Positions 25,081-32,000 of a stretch of 32,000 bases of DNA are shown piece by piece. This DNA comes from an uncultured delta proteobacterium (GTDB lineage Bacteria; Desulfobacterota; RBG-13-43-22): contig CAVUPH010000042.1 of the NCBI GenBank assembly GCA_963743305.1, forward strand, positions 1-32,000. The letters are read 5' to 3'. Each line of letters starts with the position of its first letter. Position 1 is the stretch's first letter. A program made the translations under genes and the position numbers. The notes beneath the pieces are model-generated. The model saw nothing but the letters and a program-made list of their open reading frames with translations, did not search any database and was not told where the DNA came from.

Positions 25081-27441
25081 ATGTTAAAAAAAGCGAAAAA
25101 AAATGGAAAGGGTTTGATCAAGCCCATGGGGGCAAATTCGCTACCATCCTGCCGGCAGTTTTTTGCCTGTCTATTCTGGTTTTTCCTATTAGGGGTCCCC
25201 TGGGCGGCCGCCCAGGAAACCCTTTTTTCCGCTGGTTCCCCATCCGAAAAAGTCCCCTGGGATATTGAGGCGCGGGAATTAAATTACGACCATGATACGA
25301 ATATATATACGGCTATCGGGGAAGTGGTCATTAAGAAAGGGGATCGGGTATTAAAGAGTGACTATGCCCGGTTAGACCGAAATACCATGATCGCCGAAGC
25401 CCGGGGAAACGTGGTCTACACGGCCGGGGGGGATGAACTGCGGGGCGATCACCTAACGATCGACTTACAAAAGCAGACCGGCGAGGTGGAAAAAGGACGC
25501 TTGTTCCTGAAGAAAAATAACTATCACGTCACCGGGACCCGGATCTGGAAAACCGGCGAATCCACCTATCGGATCCTGGAGGGCACCGTCACCTCCTGTG
25601 ATGGGGATGATCCCCCCTGGATGATCACCGCCAAAGACTTTGACGTAACCGTGGAAGGGTACGGCAAGTTATATCAGGCCTCCCTCCGGGCCCGCGACAT
25701 CCCCGTCCTGTACACGCCCTATCTGATCTTTCCGGTCAAAACCAAACGACAAAGCGGCCTGTTGTTTCCGGAACCCGGATATTCCCAGCGGGACGGCCTG
25801 ACGCTCAACGCGCCCTTCTACTGGGCCATAGCGGATAACCTGGACGCCACCTTTTACCAGTATTTCATGAGCAATCGGGGCTACATGCAGGGGGCGGAAT
25901 TTCGCTATGTCACCGATCCAAACTCCAAAGGGGCGTTCATGGCGGACTATCTCCCTAAGGACCTGCTGGGCGAGGAGGAATTCAAGGCGAAGCGAAACAG
26001 TGAAGCCTACAACGAACGATACTGGTTCCGAGGCAAGGCCAACCAGGATCTGCCGAAAGGGTATGTACTTAAAGTGGACCTGGACTTGCTCAGCGACCGG
26101 GACTACCTCAGAGAATTCCGAGGAGCGGGCAACGGGCTGGACCGCAATCGACCTTATTTTTTGAGTGAGTTCGGCCGGGATTTCGATGACGAGACGGTCT
26201 TGGATCGCCGGAACACGGCTATCGTCACCCGCAGCCTGGGGAATTATAATTTTACCGGCGGGTTTCAATATTTCCAGGAGTTGGACAATAGCGATGATGC
26301 TTTGAACCAGCTCCCCTATTTCCGTTATGACAGCACAAAATACGAACTCGGGAAAAATTTCTTTTTCCAGTTGAATTCCGATTACAATCATTACTGGCGG
26401 AAAAGCCTGGATCGGGGCCAGTTCATGGAAATTAATCCGATTCTTTCCTACCCCTATAAATTTCTTAACGTTCTCAACACGGAAACCTCTGTCGGGGCCA
26501 ACCAGGCCTTTTTCCAGGTGGAGAATAAAACCGGTACCGGGGTAGCGGATTGGGGCGCCCGAACCGTGCCGAGTTTAAAGCTGGATTTGTCTACGGATAT
26601 CCAGCGCGTTTTTGATGTCTCCGATAAAACGCTCCGGAAAATCAAACACAGCATCCGCCCGCAGGTGGTTTATGATTTTACTCCGGACATAACGAATAAC
26701 AATACCGCCGATTCTTTGCCGACTTTTGTCTCCCCACTGATTAAAACCAATACCATTACCTATTATCTGAATAACACGCTGACCGCCAAAAACTTTATCG
26801 GGAAAGGGAAAGAAGGGGAAGATCTTCATTCTTACCTGGATTTTGTCTATTTTAAAATTTACCAGACCTATGACATCAATGAGGCCACTCGGGACGAAAA
26901 AACCCCAAGAATTTTAGGAATTACGACCACCGGAACCACCGGAACCGCTCCTGTCACCGGAATCACCGGGACCACCGGAATCGTACCAGTCACCGGAATC
27001 GGTGGAACCACCGGAACTACCGGAACCACCAGTTCCCGGAGACCTTTTTCCAATGTGACGGGGGAGCTGGAATTCATCCCCAGTCCGTATATCCGGTTTC
27101 GCTCTTATGCCGGCTGGTCGCCTTACGACAACCGGTTCGATACCCAGACCCATACGCTCAGCCTGAACACTCTAGGGGGGAGCTGGGCCTCTGTGGATTA
27201 TCAAACCATCAACGGGGACCAGTACAGGCAGATTAACACTTCGTTGCTTTGGAAGATCAATCCCACCTGGACAGCCGATTTCCTGAATAGATTCTCCATC
27301 GATCAAAATAAGAACTATGAGACCAACTTGGGGCTGGCTTACGCCCATCAATGCTGGGGAATTAAAGCCACTTACACGGATAGCTATGGCGATAAACGAT
27401 TCCTCCTTTCCCTTAATTTAAAAGGTCTGGGCGAATTTTAG
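25081..27441 (+). CDS. lptD: LPS-assembly outer-membrane protein LptD (OstA family)
   Basis: 786 aa. A signal peptide and an OstA N-terminal beta-jellyroll (ARGNVVYTAGGDELRGDHLTIDL) precede the large C-terminal barrel. The true start could be the internal Met at 25126. Confidence 0.88.
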   Translation: MLKKAKKNGKGLIKPMGANSLPSCRQFFACLFWFFLLGVPWAAAQETLFSAGSPSEKVPWDIEARELNYDHDTNIYTAIGEVVIKKGDRVLKSDYARLDRNTMIAEARGNVVYTAGGDELRGDHLTIDLQKQTGEVEKGRLFLKKNNYHVTGTRIWKTGESTYRILEGTVTSCDGDDPPWMITAKDFDVTVEGYGKLYQASLRARDIPVLYTPYLIFPVKTKRQSGLLFPEPGYSQRDGLTLNAPFYWAIADNLDATFYQYFMSNRGYMQGAEFRYVTDPNSKGAFMADYLPKDLLGEEEFKAKRNSEAYNERYWFRGKANQDLPKGYVLKVDLDLLSDRDYLREFRGAGNGLDRNRPYFLSEFGRDFDDETVLDRRNTAIVTRSLGNYNFTGGFQYFQELDNSDDALNQLPYFRYDSTKYELGKNFFFQLNSDYNHYWRKSLDRGQFMEINPILSYPYKFLNVLNTETSVGANQAFFQVENKTGTGVADWGARTVPSLKLDLSTDIQRVFDVSDKTLRKIKHSIRPQVVYDFTPDITNNNTADSLPTFVSPLIKTNTITYYLNNTLTAKNFIGKGKEGEDLHSYLDFVYFKIYQTYDINEATRDEKTPRILGITTTGTTGTAPVTGITGTTGIVPVTGIGGTTGTTGTTSSRRPFSNVTGELEFIPSPYIRFRSYAGWSPYDNRFDTQTHTLSLNTLGGSWASVDYQTINGDQYRQINTSLLWKINPTWTADFLNRFSIDQNKNYETNLGLAYAHQCWGIKATYTDSYGDKRFLLSLNLKGLGEF
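26923..27030 (+). repeat. Thr/Gly-rich 36-codon low-complexity insertion inside lptD (ACC/GGA microrepeat with an imperfect 36-nt tandem duplication)
   Basis: The segment encodes TTTGTTGTAPVTGITGTTGIVPVTGIGGTTGTTGTT. Units 26947-26982 and 26983-27018 match at 27 of 36 nt by hand alignment. Confidence 0.85.
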
Positions 27442-27462
27442 CCCCCTCCCCCCTAAAAAATA

Positions 27463-27491
27463 TTGACAACTTAAATTAATTGGGGTAAATT
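27463..27491 (+). promoter_or_regulatory. Candidate sigma70 promoter for rplM-rpsI
   Basis: TTGACA (27463-27468), a 17-nt spacer, TAAATT (27486-27491), about 30 nt before the rplM ATG. Confidence 0.4.
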
Positions 27492-27523
27492 ATCTTTTTT
27501 TAACTTTATAGGGGTAGGGTACG

Positions 27524-27952
27524 ATGAAAACATTTCGACCTAAAGCAGGTGAATTTGAGCGGAAATGGTATCTGGTCGATGCCAAAGACCTGGTTCTGGG
27601 TCGGTTGGCCTCGGAAATTGCCAGTCGTCTGAGGGGTAAAATGAATCCCCGTTTTGTCCCTTATGCCGACATGGGCGATTTTGTAATCGTAGTCAATGCC
27701 GAGCAGATCAAACTGACGGGCAGAAAAATAGACCAAAAGATATATTACCATCATTCGGGATTTATCGGCGGACTGAAATCCATTACCGCGAAAAAATTGA
27801 TGGAAAAACGACCCGAAGATTTGATTCGTCAGGCGGTTCGAGGCATGTTGCCGAAGAACAGCTTGGGCCGGAAAATTAATAAGAAATTAAAGGTTTATGT
27901 GGGCCCGGAACATCCTCATCAAGCCCAGCAACCCATCACCTTAACGCTGTAG
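27524..27952 (+). CDS. rplM: 50S ribosomal protein L13
   Basis: 142 aa: [26 protein letters not shown]...[10 protein letters not shown]. Confidence 0.97.
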   Translation: MKTFRPKAGEFERKWYLVDAKDLVLGRLASEIASRLRGKMNPRFVPYADMGDFVIVVNAEQIKLTGRKIDQKIYYHHSGFIGGLKSITAKKLMEKRPEDLIRQAVRGMLPKNSLGRKINKKLKVYVGPEHPHQAQQPITLTL

Positions 27953-27966
27953 AGGTTAACTGAATT

Positions 27967-28359
27967 ATGGCCGAAAAGGAATACTACGCCACAGGAAAAA
28001 GAAAATGCGCTATCGCCCGGACCTGGCTGCGGCCGGGAACCGGTCAGATCGTGATTAATGACCGGCCGGTGGATAATTACTTCAGCCGGGAAACCGCCAA
28101 GATGGTGGTCCTCCAACCTTTGGAATTGACCGATACGGTCGGAAAATTTGATATTTTGGTCAACGTGCAGGGCGGGGGATTGACCGGCCAGGCCGGGGCC
28201 GTTAAACATGGAATCAGTAAGGCTCTGCTGGTCTTTGATCCTAATTTACGGGCCGTATTAAAAAAGGCGGGGTTCTTAACCCGTGATTCCAGGATCAAGG
28301 AACGGAAAAAATACGGTCAGAAAGGGGCCAGGGCCCGTTTTCAATATTCGAAGCGTTAA
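27967..28359 (+). CDS. rpsI: 30S ribosomal protein S9
   Basis: 130 aa: [16 protein letters not shown]...[19 protein letters not shown]...[27 protein letters not shown]. Confidence 0.97.
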   Translation: MAEKEYYATGKRKCAIARTWLRPGTGQIVINDRPVDNYFSRETAKMVVLQPLELTDTVGKFDILVNVQGGGLTGQAGAVKHGISKALLVFDPNLRAVLKKAGFLTRDSRIKERKKYGQKGARARFQYSKR

Positions 28360-28387
28360 TAGGTAACATAAAAAAAATTAAAATTCG

Positions 28388-28423
28388 AAAGGGAAGGCCC
28401 GAGAGGGTACTTCCCTTTTTTTT
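28388..28423 (+). terminator. Rho-independent terminator after rpsI
   Basis: AAAGGGAAG-(13 nt loop)-CTTCCCTTT followed by a T-run extending to 28423. Confidence 0.7.
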
Positions 28424-28433
28424 GGAGGGGATC

Positions 28434-29486
28434 ATGGCAGAATCAAAAACAAAGGCAGTTATAGTAGGAGGATCGGGGTATACCGGTCTGGAGCTCTTGC
28501 GTCTATTGCTTCGGCATCCCCGGGTGGAGGTGGTCGGCGTGACCTCCCGGACCCACCAAGGCCAGAAGGTCCAGCAGGTTTTCCCCTCCTTGGGCTATAC
28601 GGATCTGCTTTTCAGCGACCCGGCGTCCAAGGAGAGCACCCGGGAGGCGCAAGTCGTTTTTACCGCCGTGCCCCATAAAGAGGCCATGGAGATCATCGCC
28701 CGAATCTTCCCGGATCAAAGGCTTAAAATTATCGATCTGAGCGCGGATTTTCGGTTTCAGGACCCGGAAATCTATCAGGCCTGGTACGGTCCCCATCAGG
28801 CGCCCGACCTGCTGAAACAAGCGGTTTACGGGCTGCCCGAGATCCACACCCCGGCCATTCGGCAGGCCCGACTGATCGGGAATCCCGGCTGCTATCCCAC
28901 CAGTATTATTTTAGGACTGGCCCCCCTGCTGAAGGAAAAGGTGATTGAACCTCAGGGGCTGGTGGCGGATTCTAAATCCGGCGTCAGCGGTGCCGGACGG
29001 TCGGTTCATTTAGGGAGCTTGTACTGCGAGGTGGATGAAGGCTTCAAGGCCTATAAAGTGGGTGGCCAGCACCGCCATACCCCTGAAATTGAACAGGAAT
29101 TAAGCCGGTTGGCTGAACAGTCGCTGACTATCACCTTCACTCCCCACCTGGTGCCCATGTCCCGGGGGATACTATCCACTCTTTACGCCTATCCTCAAAA
29201 GGAAACGACCTGGGAGGACCTCAAGGATCTTTATAGCGACTTTTACCGGGAAGCCCCTTTCGTCCGCTTGCTGGAGAAAGGGGAACTCCCTAATACCCTC
29301 AGGGTCCGGGGTTCCAACTACTGCGAAATCGGATGGCGTCTGGATCCCAGGACGGGGCGGGTGATCGTCCTCTCGGCCATCGATAATTTGGTCAAGGGGG
29401 CCTCCGGGCAGGCTATCCAAAATATGAATATCCTCCTGGGCTGGGACCAGACCCTGGGCTTGACCCAACTGCCGCTTTATCCGTAA
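28434..29486 (+). CDS. argC: N-acetyl-gamma-glutamyl-phosphate reductase
   Basis: VIVGGSGYTGLELLRLL is the NAD site and GNPGCYPTS holds the active-site Cys. The ATG at 28434 follows GGAGGGG; the track ORF starts at a TTG at 28422. Confidence 0.93.
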   Translation: MAESKTKAVIVGGSGYTGLELLRLLLRHPRVEVVGVTSRTHQGQKVQQVFPSLGYTDLLFSDPASKESTREAQVVFTAVPHKEAMEIIARIFPDQRLKIIDLSADFRFQDPEIYQAWYGPHQAPDLLKQAVYGLPEIHTPAIRQARLIGNPGCYPTSIILGLAPLLKEKVIEPQGLVADSKSGVSGAGRSVHLGSLYCEVDEGFKAYKVGGQHRHTPEIEQELSRLAEQSLTITFTPHLVPMSRGILSTLYAYPQKETTWEDLKDLYSDFYREAPFVRLLEKGELPNTLRVRGSNYCEIGWRLDPRTGRVIVLSAIDNLVKGASGQAIQNMNILLGWDQTLGLTQLPLYP

Positions 29487-29489
29487 TAA

Positions 29490-29621
29490 CGTTGATTTGG
29501 TTTATATGGTTTATTTCGTTATCTGGTTTAGCAAGAGAAGACCGTTGCCACCTATTAACCACTTCCGATATTAACCAAACCAACGTAATCAACGAAACAA
29601 ACCAAACAAACCAAATAAACG
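29490..29621. repeat. 132-bp AT-rich element with 31-nt imperfect inverted-repeat arms built from GGTTT/AAACC periodic repeats
   Basis: The left arm CGTTGATTTGGTTTATATGGTTTATTTCGTT (29490-29520) pairs at 27 of 31 positions with AACGAAACAAACCAAACAAACCAAATAAACG (29591-29621). The right arm ends 3 nt before the truA ATG. Confidence 0.7.
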
Positions 29622-29624
29622 AAG

Positions 29625-30368
29625 ATGACTTCCCGTACTATCCGCCTGCTCATCGCTTATGACGGTACCGATTTCCAGGGCTGGCAGCGCCAGCCCCAGG
29701 CCCCCACGATTCAGGGAACTCTGGAAGCCGTATTGCAAAAAATTACCCGGGAGCCAATCGCCTTGACGGGGGCCGGCCGAACGGACGCCGGAGTTCACGC
29801 TTGGGGTCAGGTGGCCCATTTTAAAACGCCGGCGGCCCTGACTCCGGAAAAATGGCAAAGCGCCCTTAACGCCCTTCTGCCTCCGGATATCCGCATTCGA
29901 TCGGTTCAGGAAACGCTGCCCGACTTTCATGCCCGATATGACAGCCGCCTGAAGACCTATGATTATTATCTCTTGAATGGAGGCTGGCCGGCGCCTTTTT
30001 ATCGGCGTTACAGTTGGTGGATCGGTCAACCGCTGGATTTTGGGCTGATGAGCCAGGGGCTTTTGGAGCTCAAAGGGGAGCATGATTTTTCAGCCTACCA
30101 GACTGCCGGGAGTGACGTGAAGCAGACGGTCAAGACCCTGTTTCAGGCCGATTTGATTCGTTTACGCCGGGGAGGGGTCCGTTTGCGATTCCAGGGCGAC
30201 GGGTTTCTCCGGCACATGGTCCGTAATCTGGTCGGGGCTTTGGTTCGTCTGGGGTTGAAAAAGATCACCCTGGGGCAGTGGCAGGATATTTTGGCTTCTC
30301 GGGACCGGTCCCAGGCCGGAGCCATGGCCCCGGCCCAGGGGCTGTTTCTACGAAAAGTGATCTATTGA
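29625..30368 (+). CDS. truA: tRNA pseudouridine(38-40) synthase TruA
   Basis: 247 aa: IRLLIAYDGTDFQGWQRQ...GAGRTDAGVHAWGQV (catalytic Asp motif). Confidence 0.93.
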   Translation: MTSRTIRLLIAYDGTDFQGWQRQPQAPTIQGTLEAVLQKITREPIALTGAGRTDAGVHAWGQVAHFKTPAALTPEKWQSALNALLPPDIRIRSVQETLPDFHARYDSRLKTYDYYLLNGGWPAPFYRRYSWWIGQPLDFGLMSQGLLELKGEHDFSAYQTAGSDVKQTVKTLFQADLIRLRRGGVRLRFQGDGFLRHMVRNLVGALVRLGLKKITLGQWQDILASRDRSQAGAMAPAQGLFLRKVIY

Positions 30369-30369
30369 T

Positions 30370-30688
30370 GGTGGTTCGCCCTTTTGGGTGGGTACCCCCT
30401 AGATCCGGTATGGCCGTGGGGTCTCGGCGAAAGGGTTTTCCAAAGGTACTCCGGACTTCGAACCCGGGCCTAAATTACTAACTTTATTTAAAGCAGGCCC
30501 ATACTCCGAGTATTTTGATGTCTCCCCGGCCGGCCCTGCCTTCTGGAAAATTTGATAGTAAGAGGGCCGGGTTAGAACTTAAAAAGCAATATGGAAAACC
30601 CTTTCGCCGAGACCCCACGGCCAGGGAGGCCCGATTTCAGGTCAATCTACCCTATATTGCAGCCACCCACCCAAAAGGGCGAAGCGTC
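30370..30688. mobile_element. 319-bp non-coding MITE-like element with nested perfect inverted repeats, flanked by an 8-bp direct repeat CTATTGAT
   Basis: Direct repeats lie at 30362-30369 and 30689-30696. The outer IR is 19 bp perfect (30375-30393 / 30665-30683). The inner IR is 32 bp perfect (30411-30442 / 30592-30623). No credible ORF lies inside. Confidence 0.7.
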
Positions 30689-30695
30689 CTATTGA

Positions 30696-30848
30696 TTAGG
30701 CTTTATTGGTTTGGACTGTTTCTTCCACAGTCCGGTAAATGCCCCGGAAGGCTTCATCGAAGCTGCTGATGGCCAGCCGCCCGATTTCAATGTATTTAAT
30801 GACGATTTCCTTGGTCACTTTCAGGATCAATTCCTCTTCCGGTTTCAT
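30696..30848 (-). CDS. Unannotated 50-aa ORF convergent with truA
   Basis: SD GGAGG lies 9 nt before the ATG at 30848. Peptide: MKPEEELILKVTKEIVIKYIEIGRLAISSFDEAFRGIYRTVEETVQTNKA. Under 60 aa, hence absent from the track. Confidence 0.5.
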   Translation of the reverse strand: MKPEEELILKVTKEIVIKYIEIGRLAISSFDEAFRGIYRTVEETVQTNKA

Positions 30849-30879
30849 AGTCCAAAACCTCCGCAGAAGGTAATAAGCT

Positions 30880-30908
30880 AGCCAAAAATATTTGAAATAT
30901 TTTTGGCT
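30880..30908. promoter_or_regulatory. Perfect 29-bp palindrome (14-1-14) upstream of the 50-aa ORF
   Basis: AGCCAAAAATATTT-G-AAATATTTTTGGCT, 32 nt upstream of the ATG at 30848, in the divergent region shared with mutL. Confidence 0.5.
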
Positions 30909-30962
30909 GTAATAAAATCCATTTTAATAGACAAATTCTCAGAACAATGGATGTAAGAAGCT

Positions 30963-31017
30963 AAAGGCCTCTACTTCAGGAAGAAGGCGTTTTCAGGAAG
31001 CAGAGGCCTTTTATTTT
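30963..31017 (+). terminator. Orphan terminator-like hairpin in the mutL upstream region
   Basis: AAAGGCCTCT (30963-30972) pairs with AGAGGCCTTT (31002-31011) and is followed by TATTTT. The 29-nt loop holds the direct repeat TTCAGGAAG twice. No + strand gene lies upstream. Confidence 0.3.
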
Positions 31018-31179
31018 AAGAAGAACCTTGGCAGCCCTCCTTGAATTAAGGATACCGCATAAAAGCCATAAAAAGCAAGGTTGAAGTCAGGGTCGAAATT
31101 GATGAACCGGGGGATTTCCTTTGGTTGCGGGCAAAGGTTTATGCTATAAAAAGGGCCGGCATCTTTCCCGAATGATCCT

Positions 31180-32000
31180 ATGGAAAACAGAATTAAAATA
31201 CTCTCCGAAATGCTGATCAACCAGATCGCCGCCGGTGAAGTGGTGGAGCGGCCGGCTTCGGTGGTGAAGGAACTGTTGGAAAACGCGGTAGACGCCGGGG
31301 CCACCGAAATCCGGGTGGAAATTCAACAAGCCGGGACCTCCCAAATCCTGGTGACGGATAACGGCCAGGGGATGACGCTGGAAGATCTTTCTCTGTCCGT
31401 CGAACGGCACGCCACCAGCAAAATTAAAGGGCTCAACGACCTCTACGGTTTGAAGACCATGGGTTTTCGGGGCGAGGCCTTGCCCAGCATCGCCGCTGTC
31501 AGCCGGCTGTCCATCCGTTCCATCCCCCGGGGCGCCGGCAGCGGCCAGCGCCTCGAGATCTGGGGTGGTGAGAAGAAAGGGCTGGTGGAGATCGCCGGGA
31601 TCTCCGGGACTACCGTGGAGGTAAACGATTTATTCTACCATACCCCGGCGCGCCTGGCCTTTCTAAAGAGCCCTCGGGCCGAATGGAGCCGGATTCAATC
31701 GGCCTTTGAGCGGGTGGCCCTGGGGTTCCCGGAGATCCAGATGAGCTTGCACCATAACGGAAAAAAGGTCATTCATCTGCTGCCGACGAAACAGCGTGTC
31801 TTTCGACTGGAAGAACTCTGGGGAAAAGAGCGGACTTCGGGATTGATCGGAGTGGAAGGGGAGGAATATAATGTCCGGGTTCAAGGATTTGTTTCTCCGC
31901 CCCAGGTTCACCTCAATACCGGCCGCTATGTAGCCTTGATCGTCAACCGCCGCTGGGTTCGGAGCCCTTTAATTTATCCTCTGATTTTGAATTCTTATAA
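31180..32000 (+). CDS. mutL: DNA mismatch repair protein MutL (N-terminal part, runs off the window)
   Basis: Open frame from the ATG at 31180 to the window end. IKILSEMLINQIAAGEVVERPASVVKELLENAVDAGATEI...VTDNGQGM...GFRGEALPSI are the GHKL ATPase motifs. Confidence 0.93.
   Translation, partial: MENRIKILSEMLINQIAAGEVVERPASVVKELLENAVDAGATEIRVEIQQAGTSQILVTDNGQGMTLEDLSLSVERHATSKIKGLNDLYGLKTMGFRGEALPSIAAVSRLSIRSIPRGAGSGQRLEIWGGEKKGLVEIAGISGTTVEVNDLFYHTPARLAFLKSPRAEWSRIQSAFERVALGFPEIQMSLHHNGKKVIHLLPTKQRVFRLEELWGKERTSGLIGVEGEEYNVRVQGFVSPPQVHLNTGRYVALIVNRRWVRSPLIYPLILNSY

Noticed and set aside
25669-26391. 240-aa minus-strand ORF inside lptD
   Set aside because: Antisense shadow ORF of a well-supported 786-aa LptD frame, with no family resemblance.
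26923-27030. Repeat units that might be mistaken for a CRISPR array or a separate gene (minus ORFs 26868..27077 and 26914..27153)
   Set aside because: The repeats are contiguous with no spacers and are in frame within lptD. The minus-strand ORFs are mirror artefacts of the ACC/GGA repeat.
29589-30083. 164-aa minus ORF antisense to truA
   Set aside because: It starts in the AAACC repeat element (giving LFGLFGLFR) and is antisense to a well-conserved TruA frame.
30449-30472. tRNA T-arm-like motif (CCGGACTTCGAACCCGG) inside the MITE-like element
   Set aside because: No acceptor, D or anticodon arms can be built around it. The loop is 9 nt with a mismatch. At most it is a remnant, not a tRNA gene.
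30515-30769. 84-aa + strand ORF in the truA-downstream region
   Set aside because: It lies inside the inverted-repeat MITE-like element and runs into the antisense of the 50-aa ORF. It has no SD, and its sequence is dictated by the repeat arms.

Overview
The window comes from a Gram-negative (LptD-bearing), apparently selenocysteine-decoding bacterium, and it splits into two halves. The taxon cannot be named from sequence alone.

Left half (1-13.2 kb): a metal(loid)-resistance island in visible decay.
- A NodT-like outer-membrane factor tail and a czcCBA-type HME-RND operon are readable only by hopping frames. czcA alone needs at least 8 frame changes.
- Other decayed genes: a relic RND C-terminus, a frameshifted lipoprotein, a CCG-domain Fe-S relic, a multiply frameshifted arsM, a flavoprotein with an internal deletion plus a frameshift, and an MFS gene with a nonsense codon plus a frameshift.
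- vapBC, arsR and arsC in the same stretch are intact.

Right half (13.2-32 kb): intact genes.
- One long minus-strand cluster runs ArsR, small thioredoxin, unannotated Cys-pair ORF, SurA-like/thioredoxin fusion, thioredoxin, CcdA, CDF exporter.
- A sulfur-trafficking cluster follows: YeeE, TusA, two DsrE-like proteins, an unannotated 57-aa ORF, a TPR/Pro-rich protein and a rhodanese.
- Housekeeping genes: uvrD/pcrA-like helicase, folC, lptD, rplM-rpsI, argC, truA, mutL.

Main hunt results:
1. A CopZ-N/BFD-like 2Fe-2S ORF is really about 20 codons longer through an in-frame UGA followed by Cys and a SECIS-like hairpin.
2. A second, unannotated 68-codon ORF has vicinal Cys pairs at both ends, an in-frame UGA and a hairpin whose GGU loop sits at nearly the E. 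coli fdhF position. It lies inside the ArsR-thioredoxin operon.
3. A 319-bp MITE-like element with nested perfect inverted repeats and an 8-bp target-site duplication sits exactly at the abutting stop codons of truA and a convergent 50-aa ORF.
4. Several other structured intergenic elements, a G11 tract on the vapB ribosome-binding site, and a Thr/Gly repeat insertion in LptD.

No rRNA, tRNA or CRISPR array was seen.
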